In this document: piece after piece, positions 1 to 8,952 of the stretch
Numbering within the stretch: position 1 is the stretch's first letter
How the letters are laid out: the number at the start of each line of letters is the position of its first letter
DNA from: a virus
Virus record (IMG/VR): IMGVR_UViG_3300036820_000014
Location: 1 to 64,000 of that record
Length of the DNA stretch: 64,000 nucleotides
Reading direction: 5' to 3' (one strand)
The notes under the pieces: model-generated
Databases searched by the model: none
What the model saw: the letters and a program-made list of their open reading frames with translations, nothing else
Told to the model about the DNA's origin: nothing
Made by a program: the position numbers and the translations under genes

Positions 1-7
1 AGCCCGC

Positions 8-329
8 TCAACGGCTGAGCACCTAACGAATCCAACGTGCTCCCCCACACCGCATCGCACAAGTCTCGAAGGTTTAACCCTATACGCGAGTCGACCCCGG
101 CGGCGGACCGGGATCGTAAGGCCGACTCGCACTCATCCGAAGGGGGAACCTTCGATCGCGACCCTAATCATATGATTCGGGTCTCCCTGTCACGCGGATT
201 CAACGACGGTTGCCTCGGCGTGATCGTTTGGCCTGCTCGGTCCGCTTGCGACGGATAGCCACCCGCTTGTCGACTGGACGCACCGAACCGGAGTGGCGAC
301 TACGCCTCGGCGACAGACCTAGCCATTGA
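8..329 (-). ncRNA. Large structured ncRNA, raiA-motif-like (candidate)
   Basis: No credible minus-strand ORF. 9-bp terminal stem UCAAUGGCU(329-321)/AGCCGUUGA(16-8) encloses many nested helices with G-U pairs valid on the minus strand. Segments GCAGGCCAAACGAUCACG and GUGUGGGG resemble the raiA motif as I remember it. Confidence 0.7.
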
Positions 330-349
330 CCACCATCTGAGGGCATGGC

Positions 350-2431
350 CTACCGTGCCACTAAAAGTCCGAGGGCCTCGGCCCAGTGTCCGGGGTCAAT
401 CACCGGCGAGTCATCGACGTAGAGCCGGTCGCGCACTGTAGCCACGACGAGCTGAGAACTACGGCTCGCCAGGTCGCTCGGGTCAGGCACGCCACACTCG
501 ACCGCCCAACGATAGACAGACTTGGCCATCGCTGAGCAGTCCGGACCGAGGAGATCATCGGGCTTGGCATAGGGCTCGACGAGAGCCGGGCCGAGAATGA
601 ACGACACTCGCGAGTTCGAGACACCATCGAGGGTTGCGGCATGAGGTGTAGGAGTCTTGCCGCCGGCGGGCGCGTACTTGGAGCGAAGACGGGCTCCGAT
701 ACGGTCGATCGTGCGCTCGACGGCGAGCTCGCCAGCTCCAGCGATTCGGGCTGCGAGAACCTCGTACGTCCTTACGGCCATCCCGGCATCGGCTGCGACT
801 TGCTTTGCCCGATCCTCGATCACCTTCTCCGCCCCCGACGACCCCGGTTGGACGGCCTTATCGGCATCGGCCAACGGCTGAGCGGCATCTGATGGTGGCG
901 CTGGCACGACCTCGCGGATCTTGGTGAGGCGAATGGCGTCGATACGACGGGTCTGCTCTTCGATGGTTGGGCCCTCACCCTGGAGTTGGAGTGCCTCGCG
1001 CAACTCGTCGTAGCGAACGGAGCCCTGGGTCTCGTCGTGGGTGAAGACCTCGACGATCTCCCTCACCCGGTCGGGGCGACTGACGAGCTGAGTGGCATCG
1101 AAGGTCACCGCGACCTGGAGAATCTCGTCTGGGTAACCGGCGTCGGAGATGCTGTCGGGGCTGATTCCTCGGGTCATCGCCATGGTGGGCCAGAGGATGC
1201 ACACGGTGAGCGCCTCGCAGAGAAGCTCGACCAGCGGCTCTATGTAGAGCTTGAAGGTGTCGATCGAGATTTGCGCCGCGTTGGCGAAGGTCGTGTCCAT
1301 GTGGCCACGGACTGCTTCGACGGGAAGGTCGAGGCCCTGAGCGAGTCGCTGGATAGCCTCGTCGCGCTTTAGGACCCCTTCCTGGTCCTCACCTTGGAAC
1401 GGGATGTGGCGGACCTTGTCGAGCAGGTCGGCTCGGCCCGTGAGGATGTAGGGCATGAACGCTGCGGCAGAGGCAGGATCATCGATCGCCTTCGCCCCGG
1501 TGTTCAAGATGTCAACGCTGAGCGGCTGCGTCTCTTCTGAGATTTGACCGTCTGGACCGACGTCGTCGTCGGGGTTGTCGAGCTCGTCGGGGATGAGCAG
1601 GACGCCGGCAGTGGCCATACGGCTTATGGCGGCCGCGTTCACTAACCGGGTGAGGATGACGAGTTCCTGCAGGATCTCCATGCAGGAGCGCACCGACGAG
1701 TCGGCGATCATCCCGTACTGAGCGTCCGGACGCCACACTCGGATGGGCTGGACGTCAGGACCCAACTCCTCGACCGGATACCCGGGCCCACCGAAGTATT
1801 GCCATTTACCGCTGTTGCCGTTTTTGATGAGCTCCTGATTCGATAGGACGTCGTAGACCCTGCCCACCGCTGATACCGAAGGGACCAAATAGCACTCGCC
1901 AGTTACGAAAACCTTCTCGCCGAACGCCCGCATGAGCCCCGACTGGCCACCGCGCTTGGCGCGCATGGTGCCGATGATCTTCTGGGCCTCGTCGGCCAGC
2001 GCGGGATCGAAGTCGTCGATCGGCTCTTCGCCGTCCATGCCGATGTCGACGGTCCCGTCTTGGTTCCGCTTTCCGACCGCGAGCTTGATCCGGGCGAGAC
2101 AGTTTCCGACGTAGAGCTTGGCGGAGTTCAGCTCGCCGACCTGGCGGGTGTAGCCCCACGCTTGGTGCTGCCAGTTCCGGGTGGAAGCGTTAGGGCTACC
2201 GGCATTGGAGTCGGAGGGATCTTGGATCTCGGCGGCCGCCGTCAGAGCATCGAAGGTCGCGGCGAGTTGCTTCGATTGCAGATTCATGTAGGTCTCGCGT
2301 GTCATGGCGCGAGCCCGCTGTCGTGCTTCTGACCGAGGCCTAACCGTCGGTTCGGGTCGCTCGAGGACGGCCGTAGATGAACGACCGGGTCCTGAGACAG
2401 TCCCATCGATGGGAGATTTACGAGCCGGCAC
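350..2431 (-). CDS. Portal protein (actinophage type)
   Basis: 693 aa; WQHQAWGY..VGEL, GECYL, IRVWRPD, ADSSVRS, AGVLLIPDEL, AIQRLAQGLDLP motifs; downstream of TerL. Confidence 0.9.
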   Translation of the reverse strand: MPARKSPIDGTVSGPGRSSTAVLERPEPTVRPRSEARQRARAMTRETYMNLQSKQLAATFDALTAAAEIQDPSDSNAGSPNASTRNWQHQAWGYTRQVGELNSAKLYVGNCLARIKLAVGKRNQDGTVDIGMDGEEPIDDFDPALADEAQKIIGTMRAKRGGQSGLMRAFGEKVFVTGECYLVPSVSAVGRVYDVLSNQELIKNGNSGKWQYFGGPGYPVEELGPDVQPIRVWRPDAQYGMIADSSVRSCMEILQELVILTRLVNAAAISRMATAGVLLIPDELDNPDDDVGPDGQISEETQPLSVDILNTGAKAIDDPASAAAFMPYILTGRADLLDKVRHIPFQGEDQEGVLKRDEAIQRLAQGLDLPVEAVRGHMDTTFANAAQISIDTFKLYIEPLVELLCEALTVCILWPTMAMTRGISPDSISDAGYPDEILQVAVTFDATQLVSRPDRVREIVEVFTHDETQGSVRYDELREALQLQGEGPTIEEQTRRIDAIRLTKIREVVPAPPSDAAQPLADADKAVQPGSSGAEKVIEDRAKQVAADAGMAVRTYEVLAARIAGAGELAVERTIDRIGARLRSKYAPAGGKTPTPHAATLDGVSNSRVSFILGPALVEPYAKPDDLLGPDCSAMAKSVYRWAVECGVPDPSDLASRSSQLVVATVRDRLYVDDSPVIDPGHWAEALGLLVAR

Positions 2432-2439
2432 CTACGACC

Positions 2440-2799
2440 TCACGACCAGATCATGCCGAGCAGTCCGGCGGCGCCGGCGATACCGGGCCATGCCCAGACC
2501 GTCTCGGTCCAGGTGGGAACGAAGCCCGAAGCGTGGGCAAGAAGAGCGCCGGCGAGTGAGAGCCAAAGAGAAACGCACCACTGACAGTTGATGAACTTCT
2601 CGGGCCAACTCGGTTCGAGGTGTACCGACACCTTGGCATCGATCGGCCGAGAGTCCTCTTTACGAAGCGTCGGCCTCGGTTGCCATGGCCAGTGGCGATT
2701 GATCGCCACGCGTAACGGCAGCGTGATGTCATCACCAACAATGAGCCGGGTAACCCGCATCACTGCAAGAACTACTAGCGCGAGACCAATCGCCGTCAC
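2440..2799 (-). CDS. DUF1360-like membrane protein
   Basis: RVTRLIVGDDIT and CQWCVSLW motifs, hydrophobic helices, position just before portal. Confidence 0.75.
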   Translation of the reverse strand: MTAIGLALVVLAVMRVTRLIVGDDITLPLRVAINRHWPWQPRPTLRKEDSRPIDAKVSVHLEPSWPEKFINCQWCVSLWLSLAGALLAHASGFVPTWTETVWAWPGIAGAAGLLGMIWS

Positions 2800-2863
2800 G
2801 GTGAACTCGCCCTCATCGGGTCGAATGGTACTGACGCAGAAACGGATTCGTCCGGATGCAGTG

Positions 2864-2986
2864 TCAGCGGGTCATGATCTTGAGCTTCTTAACGCCCTTG
2901 GCCCTCGAGGACGAACCTTTCCGAGCCGTCTTGTGACCCGGCGCACTCTTGACATTCGCTGTCGGACGAGCTGGACGCTTTGCCAT
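2864..2986 (-). CDS. Small Lys/Arg-rich protein (40 aa)
   Basis: MAKRPARPTANVKSAPGHKTARKGSSSRAKGVKKLKIMTR; TATCAT -10 lies 8 nt before the ATG. Confidence 0.55.
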   Translation of the reverse strand: MAKRPARPTANVKSAPGHKTARKGSSSRAKGVKKLKIMTR

Positions 2987-3006
2987 CAGGCGGAATGATA
3001 GATGCG

Positions 3007-3092
3007 CGGAAGGCCGAGGACTTGAACCCCAGGGCTGTGGACCCCAATCCGTTTTCAAGACGGTTCCGGCGCGCCTGTCCGGTTGACCTTCC
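3007..3092 (-). tRNA. tRNA-Ser(TGA), 8/4 fold
   Basis: GGAAGGTC/GGCCTTCC acceptor stem, anticodon loop CT-TGA-AA, long variable arm, T loop TTCAAGT, discriminator G, no encoded CCA. Confidence 0.85.
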
Positions 3093-3094
3093 AG

Positions 3095-3175
3095 CGGAGG
3101 GCTGAGGTCTCGATCCCCACGGTGACCCGCGAGCTGGTTAGCAACCAGTCCCGTCTCCTCGACGGTTAACCCTCC
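3095..3175 (-). tRNA. tRNA-Ser(GCT), 8/4 fold
   Basis: GGAGGGTT/AGCCCTCC acceptor stem, D arm CCGTC-GAGGA-GACGG, loop TT-GCT-AA, variable arm, T loop ATCGAGA, discriminator G. Confidence 0.85.
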
Positions 3176-3225
3176 AGGTTCAGGAAGGCGAGGAACTTCG
3201 GGGGACGGTCGGAGATTAGGTCTGG

Positions 3226-3471
3226 TCACCTGCATACCCGAATGGACTCGTCAGTCTTCATCACGCGACGCGCCACCTCCGGAGGAGGACCGAGCGGCTG
3301 GTGTTCCGGGTCCACTGGATCGCACCGCTGCGAAAGATGAAACTCGACTGCGGGTGCTGTCCACACCTCTACTCGGTTGGTGTCGACTGTGATTGCGACC
3401 ACAAGCGTGCACTCATCGATCATGTCAAAAGGGCGAAGATCCGATGCTGGGAGTTCGATGACCTGCGCCAT
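3226..3471 (-). CDS. Hypothetical protein
   Basis: 81-aa ORF on the coding strand filling the gap. Confidence 0.55.
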   Translation of the reverse strand: MAQVIELPASDLRPFDMIDECTLVVAITVDTNRVEVWTAPAVEFHLSQRCDPVDPEHQPLGPPPEVARRVMKTDESIRVCR

Positions 3472-3480
3472 TTGAGGGGC

Positions 3481-3627
3481 CTATACCGCCGAAAGGCGCT
3501 CGACCTCATCATCGTTCCAGTCGAACTCGTGGCCACACTCCGAGCACATGAGCATGGGGCATCCCTCGTCGTATTCGAGATGCACGCAATGGTCACAAAG
3601 AGATACTTGAAGACGACGACGGAGCAC
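3481..3627 (-). CDS. Small zinc-ribbon protein (48 aa)
   Basis: CDHC...CSECGHEF, read manually. Confidence 0.45.
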   Translation of the reverse strand: MLRRRLQVSLCDHCVHLEYDEGCPMLMCSECGHEFDWNDDEVERLSAV

Positions 3628-3767
3628 CTTGAGGTGGAACAAAACCCGCTGTCATGGGGTCGCGGCGTCGGGATCCAGCAGCATCACGGGCACATCGAAG
3701 GCCTTGGCGATCGCTCGCGTAGCACGCCGCCTACGAGATGGTCGCATCGCTTCGGTGGCCTCGGCAG

Positions 3768-3962
3768 TCACGGGGCCGAGCGTACCGAATGTGTCCAGTG
3801 CTTGTAGAACTCATCGTTGAGGATCCGTTCGATCACGCCATCGGCGCTGGGCTCATCACGACAGCGGACTAGCCGGTAATACACGGGGAGACTGACGCCA
3901 CGTAGGGCCAGCTTCAGCCTGAGTTCGTCATCGGCCAGATCACGCCACTCATCTCGGAGCAC
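3768..3962 (-). CDS. Hypothetical protein
   Basis: C-terminal part of ORF 3768..4109 looks protein-like; start uncertain. Confidence 0.45.
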   Translation of the reverse strand: MLRDEWRDLADDELRLKLALRGVSLPVYYRLVRCRDEPSADGVIERILNDEFYKHWTHSVRSAP

Positions 3963-4293
3963 GGAAATGCTCGGCGAGGCCGAAACCATTGCCAGCGTTA
4001 TGGGTGAGATTCGTACGGTCCACCGCTGCCACGGCTTTCCGTCGATCCCCGCCTCGGAGCAACGTCCGCCACTCGTCGACGGCGGCGGCACCGCGACCAG
4101 TCGCGGCACTCAGGGCCTCGGAGCGAGCCATGCTGGCCTGATCCCTGGGCACGCCACCCTTCGACCTCGCACCTCGAACCCGGACGTCAGGTCGCCAGCG
4201 CTTTGGACGTTCGACCGGTGCCGATGTGTCCGGCGTGTCGAGGACCGGGAGCGGAGTGCCGAAGTCGTCATCGTCCAGCTCGAACTCGTCCAT
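3949..4293 (-). CDS. Hypothetical protein, acidic N-terminus
   Basis: ATG 6 nt after TAGGTT -10. Confidence 0.55.
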   Translation of the reverse strand: MDEFELDDDDFGTPLPVLDTPDTSAPVERPKRWRPDVRVRGARSKGGVPRDQASMARSEALSAATGRGAAAVDEWRTLLRGGDRRKAVAAVDRTNLTHNAGNGFGLAEHFRAPR

Positions 4294-4332
4294 ACCGACA
4301 ACCTAGTTTCAAGTTTCTAGTTACTCGTCCCC

Positions 4333-6024
4333 CTAGCCGACGCTGCCAGCTCGGATCTCCCGCTGGGCTGCTCCGGAGCCACGGGCACGCCGGACACGGT
4401 GGATCCGTGACAAGGCCTGTGAGCAGGCGTCCACCATGTCATCGTGGGTCCCCTGGTTGAACGCCGACATCTCCTCAAGGAAAACCGGCACCCAGGGCGC
4501 CCAGCCTGGCAGGTGGACATCGCCCGCTTGGATGTAGCCGGATACCGCGACTAGTCGCGTGAACTTGTCGCCCTTGACGGGCACCGAGATGATGCCGGCG
4601 AGGCCCCTGCGTCGGACCAGATTGACCGAGTGGCGCTCGGGCTTGGTCATCCCAAGCTCGCCAGCCACATCGTCTGAGATTTCGTAGCCGGGCGCCGGCG
4701 TCCGGAGCGACTCCATGACCTCGGGCCCGTAACCGGCCGCCTCCACGAGGTGGAGCCGACAGGCCGGGTATCGGACGACTACGAGCGCCATGGCGTTTGT
4801 GGTGAGCGCCTGGGGCCACTGACCGCGTAGCTGGTCGATCAGCCAGCAGTCCTTGCCGGTGACGCCCCACACCTGGCCGACCGTATAGTCACCCGACTCC
4901 TTGTCCTTCAGCTTCATGTCCCACGAGCTCACGACACGATCGAAGGTGGTGGGCCAGAACGAGTCCTCTACCACCCACCAGTCCCGCTTGATGAGAAGGC
5001 CCTCTGGCGGACTTGGGCGCTGCTGCTCAAGCGCGGAGGCGAGGTACTCGCCCAGGGCTGCCGCTCGAGCCAACACCTCCTCCCGGTTGAAACGTTCGGG
5101 CTCGAGCAACTCGCCGGGTCGACGGCCTAGCGGGTCCGGCAGGCGCAGGATGGGGTCGACGGCGAGCGGGTCCGGAGCCTCGGCGATAGCTGGGAGGCGG
5201 ACGACGGTCCACTTGTCGGCGTGCTCGATCTCGGACGACTGACGGAGCCGGGCTTGGAAATCGTTCTCGTGCCACCTGGTGCCGGCTGAGATCTTCGGGG
5301 CATCGAAGCGCTGCAGACGGAGGCGGCACTGGGAGCGGTAGACATTCCATACTGACTCTCGCTGAGCCGCTGAGTGCGCCGCCTGCCAGCCTTTGATCAG
5401 GTCGTCCAGGAGTAGGACGTCTTGAGGAAAGCCGGTGATGGCTCCGCCGATGCCGACGCAATAGAGCCCGCCGCCCTCCGACGTCGTCCACTTCCCTCGA
5501 GCTCGCTGGTCGGGGCGAAGGCGGAATCGCAGCTTCGAGGCGTACCTCTCGGCGATGTCTCGGGCCTTGCCTCCCTCGTCGACCGCCTTGTCCGCGTCGT
5601 ACGAGACGTACATGATCCGTGTCTTCGGGCTCCGATCGAGGATCCACAGTGCGCCCCACATGATGAGCGTGGTTTTCCCGAGCTGAGATGGCAACCACCA
5701 TTCCTGGTTCGGGTCCTCGCCATTTACGGACTCGGCGAACTTGCGACCGAGCAGCTTGATGTAGGGCCAGAGCTTGTACTCGCCATCGGTCAGGTGGTGA
5801 GCGAAGGTGGCCGGGTTGGCTCGCCAGGGTGTGTCGTCTTCGAGCGCCTTGTCGACCGCTTTTCGTTCAGCCGGCGTGAGCTTCTGGAGAATCCGGGCGC
5901 GCTTCGGAGACGGGAGATCGATCAGCCATTCGACATCGATCGCCTGGGTCACTCCCAGTGCTCGTCGTGAAGTAACCCGATCCGGAGTCCGATTCGCTCG
6001 ACCCAGCAGAGAACGCAGAGCCAA
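4333..6024 (-). CDS. terL: Terminase large subunit
   Basis: Walker A-like PSQLGKTT, VGIGGAITG, Walker B LLLDD, GTRWHEND, nuclease SWD and HDDMVDA; true start may be slightly downstream. Confidence 0.95.
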   Translation of the reverse strand: MALRSLLGRANRTPDRVTSRRALGVTQAIDVEWLIDLPSPKRARILQKLTPAERKAVDKALEDDTPWRANPATFAHHLTDGEYKLWPYIKLLGRKFAESVNGEDPNQEWWLPSQLGKTTLIMWGALWILDRSPKTRIMYVSYDADKAVDEGGKARDIAERYASKLRFRLRPDQRARGKWTTSEGGGLYCVGIGGAITGFPQDVLLLDDLIKGWQAAHSAAQRESVWNVYRSQCRLRLQRFDAPKISAGTRWHENDFQARLRQSSEIEHADKWTVVRLPAIAEAPDPLAVDPILRLPDPLGRRPGELLEPERFNREEVLARAAALGEYLASALEQQRPSPPEGLLIKRDWWVVEDSFWPTTFDRVVSSWDMKLKDKESGDYTVGQVWGVTGKDCWLIDQLRGQWPQALTTNAMALVVVRYPACRLHLVEAAGYGPEVMESLRTPAPGYEISDDVAGELGMTKPERHSVNLVRRRGLAGIISVPVKGDKFTRLVAVSGYIQAGDVHLPGWAPWVPVFLEEMSAFNQGTHDDMVDACSQALSRIHRVRRARGSGAAQREIRAGSVG

Positions 6025-6085
6025 GGATTATGCGCTTTGTCCCATCTCCAATGAGTGGGGCTGTTCTGAATGTAGATACCGCGCT

Positions 6086-6295
6086 TCACGGCATCCTCGG
6101 TCCGGCACCCGACGGCCTGGGCATGTTCGTCAGCTCGGGCCCGCATTCAGCCATGAGCCGATCGGCTCGTTGATACCTGATGCACTTCTCACCACAACGG
6201 CGGCAACGCTTGGTCATCGTGTGCCAGGTGTGATTTCTGTAGCGCCATCCGGATCCGATCCATGTGGTCTGGAACCGGTGGATGTGGAACCTCAC
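6086..6295 (-). CDS. Hypothetical Cys-containing protein
   Basis: CRRCG motif. Confidence 0.4.
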   Translation of the reverse strand: MRFHIHRFQTTWIGSGWRYRNHTWHTMTKRCRRCGEKCIRYQRADRLMAECGPELTNMPRPSGAGPRMP

Positions 6296-6341
6296 GGCGA
6301 CAAGCTACGACCAACGGGCACGCCGGTGCTGGGCTTACCCG

Positions 6342-6590
6342 CTATGCCAGCTCCGACGTAGACGGTACTGAGGCCGTTCGCATCGTCGGAATGCCTCCGA
6401 CGTCGGTCAGTGTTCGCCAGGTCGATCGCTTGTGACGGTCGACTCCCGATCCGGATCGCAGTCCATCGATCCGTCGCCGACCATAGCCCTCTCGAATAGT
6501 TGGCAGGCGTCCGTCGTCGTTCCATCGAGCAAACCTCGGGGGTCGCTCTGCCTGATCCCAGTGCTTACAGTCGCGGCACAAGGGATTCAC
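6342..6590 (-). CDS. Hypothetical protein
   Basis: CRDCKHW N-terminus; 4-bp overlap with upstream gene. Confidence 0.45.
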   Translation of the reverse strand: MNPLCRDCKHWDQAERPPRFARWNDDGRLPTIREGYGRRRIDGLRSGSGVDRHKRSTWRTLTDVGGIPTMRTASVPSTSELA

Positions 6591-7081
6591 AACTCGCCCC
6601 GCTCGACACTATCGAAGGTGTTGAAGAAACTCCCATGGGAGTGCCGATCGCCGTTGCCCACCGTGACTACCTGGGACTCGCTGTTGATGTTCAACATGTC
6701 GATCGAGTGCCCGCATGGGCCCAGAGAGAACTCACGCGCTCGAGGAAAGCCCGGTGTGATTAACCTAATCGTTTCCGCCCTGATCCCCCGTTCTCGCACC
6801 GTGGTAGCTGGCTCGTGACACGTCGGACAGTCGAGATCCTTGACCGTCAGGAACTCCCGAGGCTCGTGGACACCGTCCAGCTCATCGAGGACGGCCTGAA
6901 GCTCGACCAAGATCGGGTGGGAGAATCGTCCTGGGAGTTGCTCCTGCTCCAGGAGCTCACGCACTCGGCGGGCTGTCTGCACAACCGAGGCGATCTTCTG
7001 GTACTGGCTGGGGAACAAGTCGTCGTATATCGCTTGATCTAGAACCCCGCCGATAAGTTTCATGTCCAGCGGCTCGGTCAC
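6587..7081 (-). CDS. Hypothetical protein with Zn motif
   Basis: CPTC...PCGH; coupled overlaps. Confidence 0.6.
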   Translation of the reverse strand: MTEPLDMKLIGGVLDQAIYDDLFPSQYQKIASVVQTARRVRELLEQEQLPGRFSHPILVELQAVLDELDGVHEPREFLTVKDLDCPTCHEPATTVRERGIRAETIRLITPGFPRAREFSLGPCGHSIDMLNINSESQVVTVGNGDRHSHGSFFNTFDSVERGEL

Positions 7082-7449
7082 CCTTCCCCCGTCTCAACCC
7101 TGTTTTGGAACAAGAGCACCCGCTGTGTGACGAGGTGACTCAACTCGTCTGGGAAGCCTGAATCAGCCGACGGTTTTGGATCTCGTAACCTGATCGTTCC
7201 CTCGCTCATAACCCTGAAGGACGGGAATGTGGTGGTCTTCACCGTCCTAGCACTGCCGTCTGGGTGAGGATCGATACGGGCGATCAGAGCGCCCTCTTGC
7301 GTCCAATACTCGGTGACCTCCCGGATGATGTTGTCCGCCAAACCGGTCCCGACGCAGTGAACGATCACGATCACCTCTTGGATCTGCGCGTTCCTAAGAC
7401 GCCCGCTCTCGAAGTCCGACTCGAATGTGGCACCCAAGTCCCGTCTCAT
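7078..7449 (-). CDS. Hypothetical protein
   Basis: ATGA overlap with upstream gene. Confidence 0.5.
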   Translation of the reverse strand: MRRDLGATFESDFESGRLRNAQIQEVIVIVHCVGTGLADNIIREVTEYWTQEGALIARIDPHPDGSARTVKTTTFPSFRVMSEGTIRLRDPKPSADSGFPDELSHLVTQRVLLFQNRVETGEG

Positions 7450-7811
7450 GTCGAAGCCTGGGCATCGGTGCTCGACCGGGTGCCGACCATGTTGTGAGGC
7501 CGGCCCTGGCTGACCCTCCACCCGGCACGTCTCCACACTTTCGGACACGGCACGCGAGCATCCCTCCACCCGATGCAGATGGCGCGAGTCGAACGGCTGG
7601 TCCGCTTCCGTGAGCAGCGGATCTGGTAGCCGCCCGCTTCCCAGTGAAAGGCGTCGAGCTCACGGCCACCATTCGGTCGGTCGATGTCGACCATGTCGCA
7701 GATGATGCGCGCCGGGTCGATGAGCGGGTGAGCTTCGCTGACGGTCCGAGCGTCCCAGGTGATGATCAGCTTGCCGAGGATCAGGTGTCGACCGTTCAAT
7801 TCGTGAATCAT
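7446..7811 (-). CDS. Hypothetical protein
   Basis: RBS GAAAGGAAAG; coupled ORF. Confidence 0.5.
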   Translation of the reverse strand: MIHELNGRHLILGKLIITWDARTVSEAHPLIDPARIICDMVDIDRPNGGRELDAFHWEAGGYQIRCSRKRTSRSTRAICIGWRDARVPCPKVWRRAGWRVSQGRPHNMVGTRSSTDAQAST

Positions 7812-7944
7812 CGCTTCTTTCCTTTCGTCGCGAGATGAGCCTTGCGAGCCTTCTTACTTTTCGTACTTTTCGTACTCTTCGTGGCCTTCAGCCTGATCTC
7901 GGGTACCCAGACCAGCAAGAAGGCAGCCCATAACCATTTTTCCT

Positions 7945-8766
7945 TTATGCCTCCTTTTTGGTTTTCAGATTCGTTCCGCACCTCATGCACACGTCGCCGA
8001 CCCGTCGGTTCGAAGGGTGAGGGCAACCGCTCGCGTCGGTGGTCGATGGCTTTGCGCGCGATCGCGCGCTAACCGGCTTGGCGTCGATCGCAGCGATCCC
8101 GAGAGAACGCCACCAGTCGAAAAGAGATTCGCCGGACTTGTCGGCCATGGCGCGGGCCTTCGTGGCGTATTCGAGCGACACAGTGAAGCGGATCTCCACC
8201 TCATCCTTAGTCACCTGAGCACCCACCAGACGTCCGTCTTGGACCATCTGGGCGAGCCGTTCTTCGAAGCCCTCGGTGACCTCCTCGGACGGTGTCACGC
8301 GCGCGTGACGCGCACCCTCTTCCACCTCGGCTTTTACCTTGGAAACGCGCAAACTTCGCCTCGTCCCCTTGGTCGCTTTCGCTACCTTTTCGACCACCTC
8401 AGGGAGGTTGGATTTAATGGCTTCGGCCTGACGGGCAGAGACCGTGCCGGGAGGCAACTTGACCCCAGCGGCTTGCTCAAGAGCCTGGGTCACCGATGCT
8501 TGGGTAAGCAGCCGGTAAGCGTTCTGGCGAGTCATATCGAACTCGGACTCGATGTACTGCTCCCACGATCCGTAGTCGAGTGCCAACCACGCTTGCCCGT
8601 TGTATGCCTCAGCCACGAGCTGGAACAGCCCTTCGGCGCCTTTGCGGATTCGATCGGTCAACCGCTTCGCCTGGATCTTGGTGAGCGTCGCCTGAATGTC
8701 CGTCATGAGTGTCCGGTTTAGCACCCCGAACGAGGGTTCGCCCAGGGGATTGGGAATGGTGGCCAT
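7945..8766 (-). CDS. Actinophage DNA-binding protein
   Basis: AKRLTDRIR...AWLALDYGSWEQYIESEFDMTRQNAYRLL motif; RHH-like C-terminal segment; start may be 8706. Confidence 0.65.
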   Translation of the reverse strand: MATIPNPLGEPSFGVLNRTLMTDIQATLTKIQAKRLTDRIRKGAEGLFQLVAEAYNGQAWLALDYGSWEQYIESEFDMTRQNAYRLLTQASVTQALEQAAGVKLPPGTVSARQAEAIKSNLPEVVEKVAKATKGTRRSLRVSKVKAEVEEGARHARVTPSEEVTEGFEERLAQMVQDGRLVGAQVTKDEVEIRFTVSLEYATKARAMADKSGESLFDWWRSLGIAAIDAKPVSARSRAKPSTTDASGCPHPSNRRVGDVCMRCGTNLKTKKEA

Positions 8767-8952
8767 ATGCGAATCGTCACCGTCTTCTGGTCACTCATCG
8801 TGCTCATGCTCTGGGTACTCGCCGTGTCGGGGTCCTGGCTCAAGTGGTGGGCCATCACGCCTCACGTGCTCGGGGTAATCGGCATCATCGTGGTCCTCGC
8901 CTTCGTGCTCGAGATCATCGTGGGCATGAAGCGGCCGAGGCCCCAGCGTTGA
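8767..8952 (+). CDS. Small two-TM membrane protein
   Basis: Two hydrophobic helices and basic tail; fills the gap between minus-strand genes exactly. Confidence 0.65.
   Translation: MRIVTVFWSLIVLMLWVLAVSGSWLKWWAITPHVLGVIGIIVVLAFVLEIIVGMKRPRPQR

Noticed and set aside
37-258. 73-aa plus-strand ORF; also group I/II intron or HEARO/omega-RNA readings of 1-350
   Set aside because: ORF lacks RBS and motifs; no flanking exons, no group II domain V, no adjacent IscB/TnpB seen
3007-3175. Selenocysteine or suppressor tRNA
   Set aside because: Anticodons are TGA and GCT (Ser), not TCA; only the arm geometry is unusual
4303-4320. CTAG...CTAG resembling the 17-bp operator
   Set aside because: 18-bp spacing and mismatched half-sites; better explained as the promoter of the 4293 gene
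7850-7885. 9-bp tandem repeat (KST/YEK) in a possible small ORF
   Set aside because: Only about three copies and the coding frame is ambiguous
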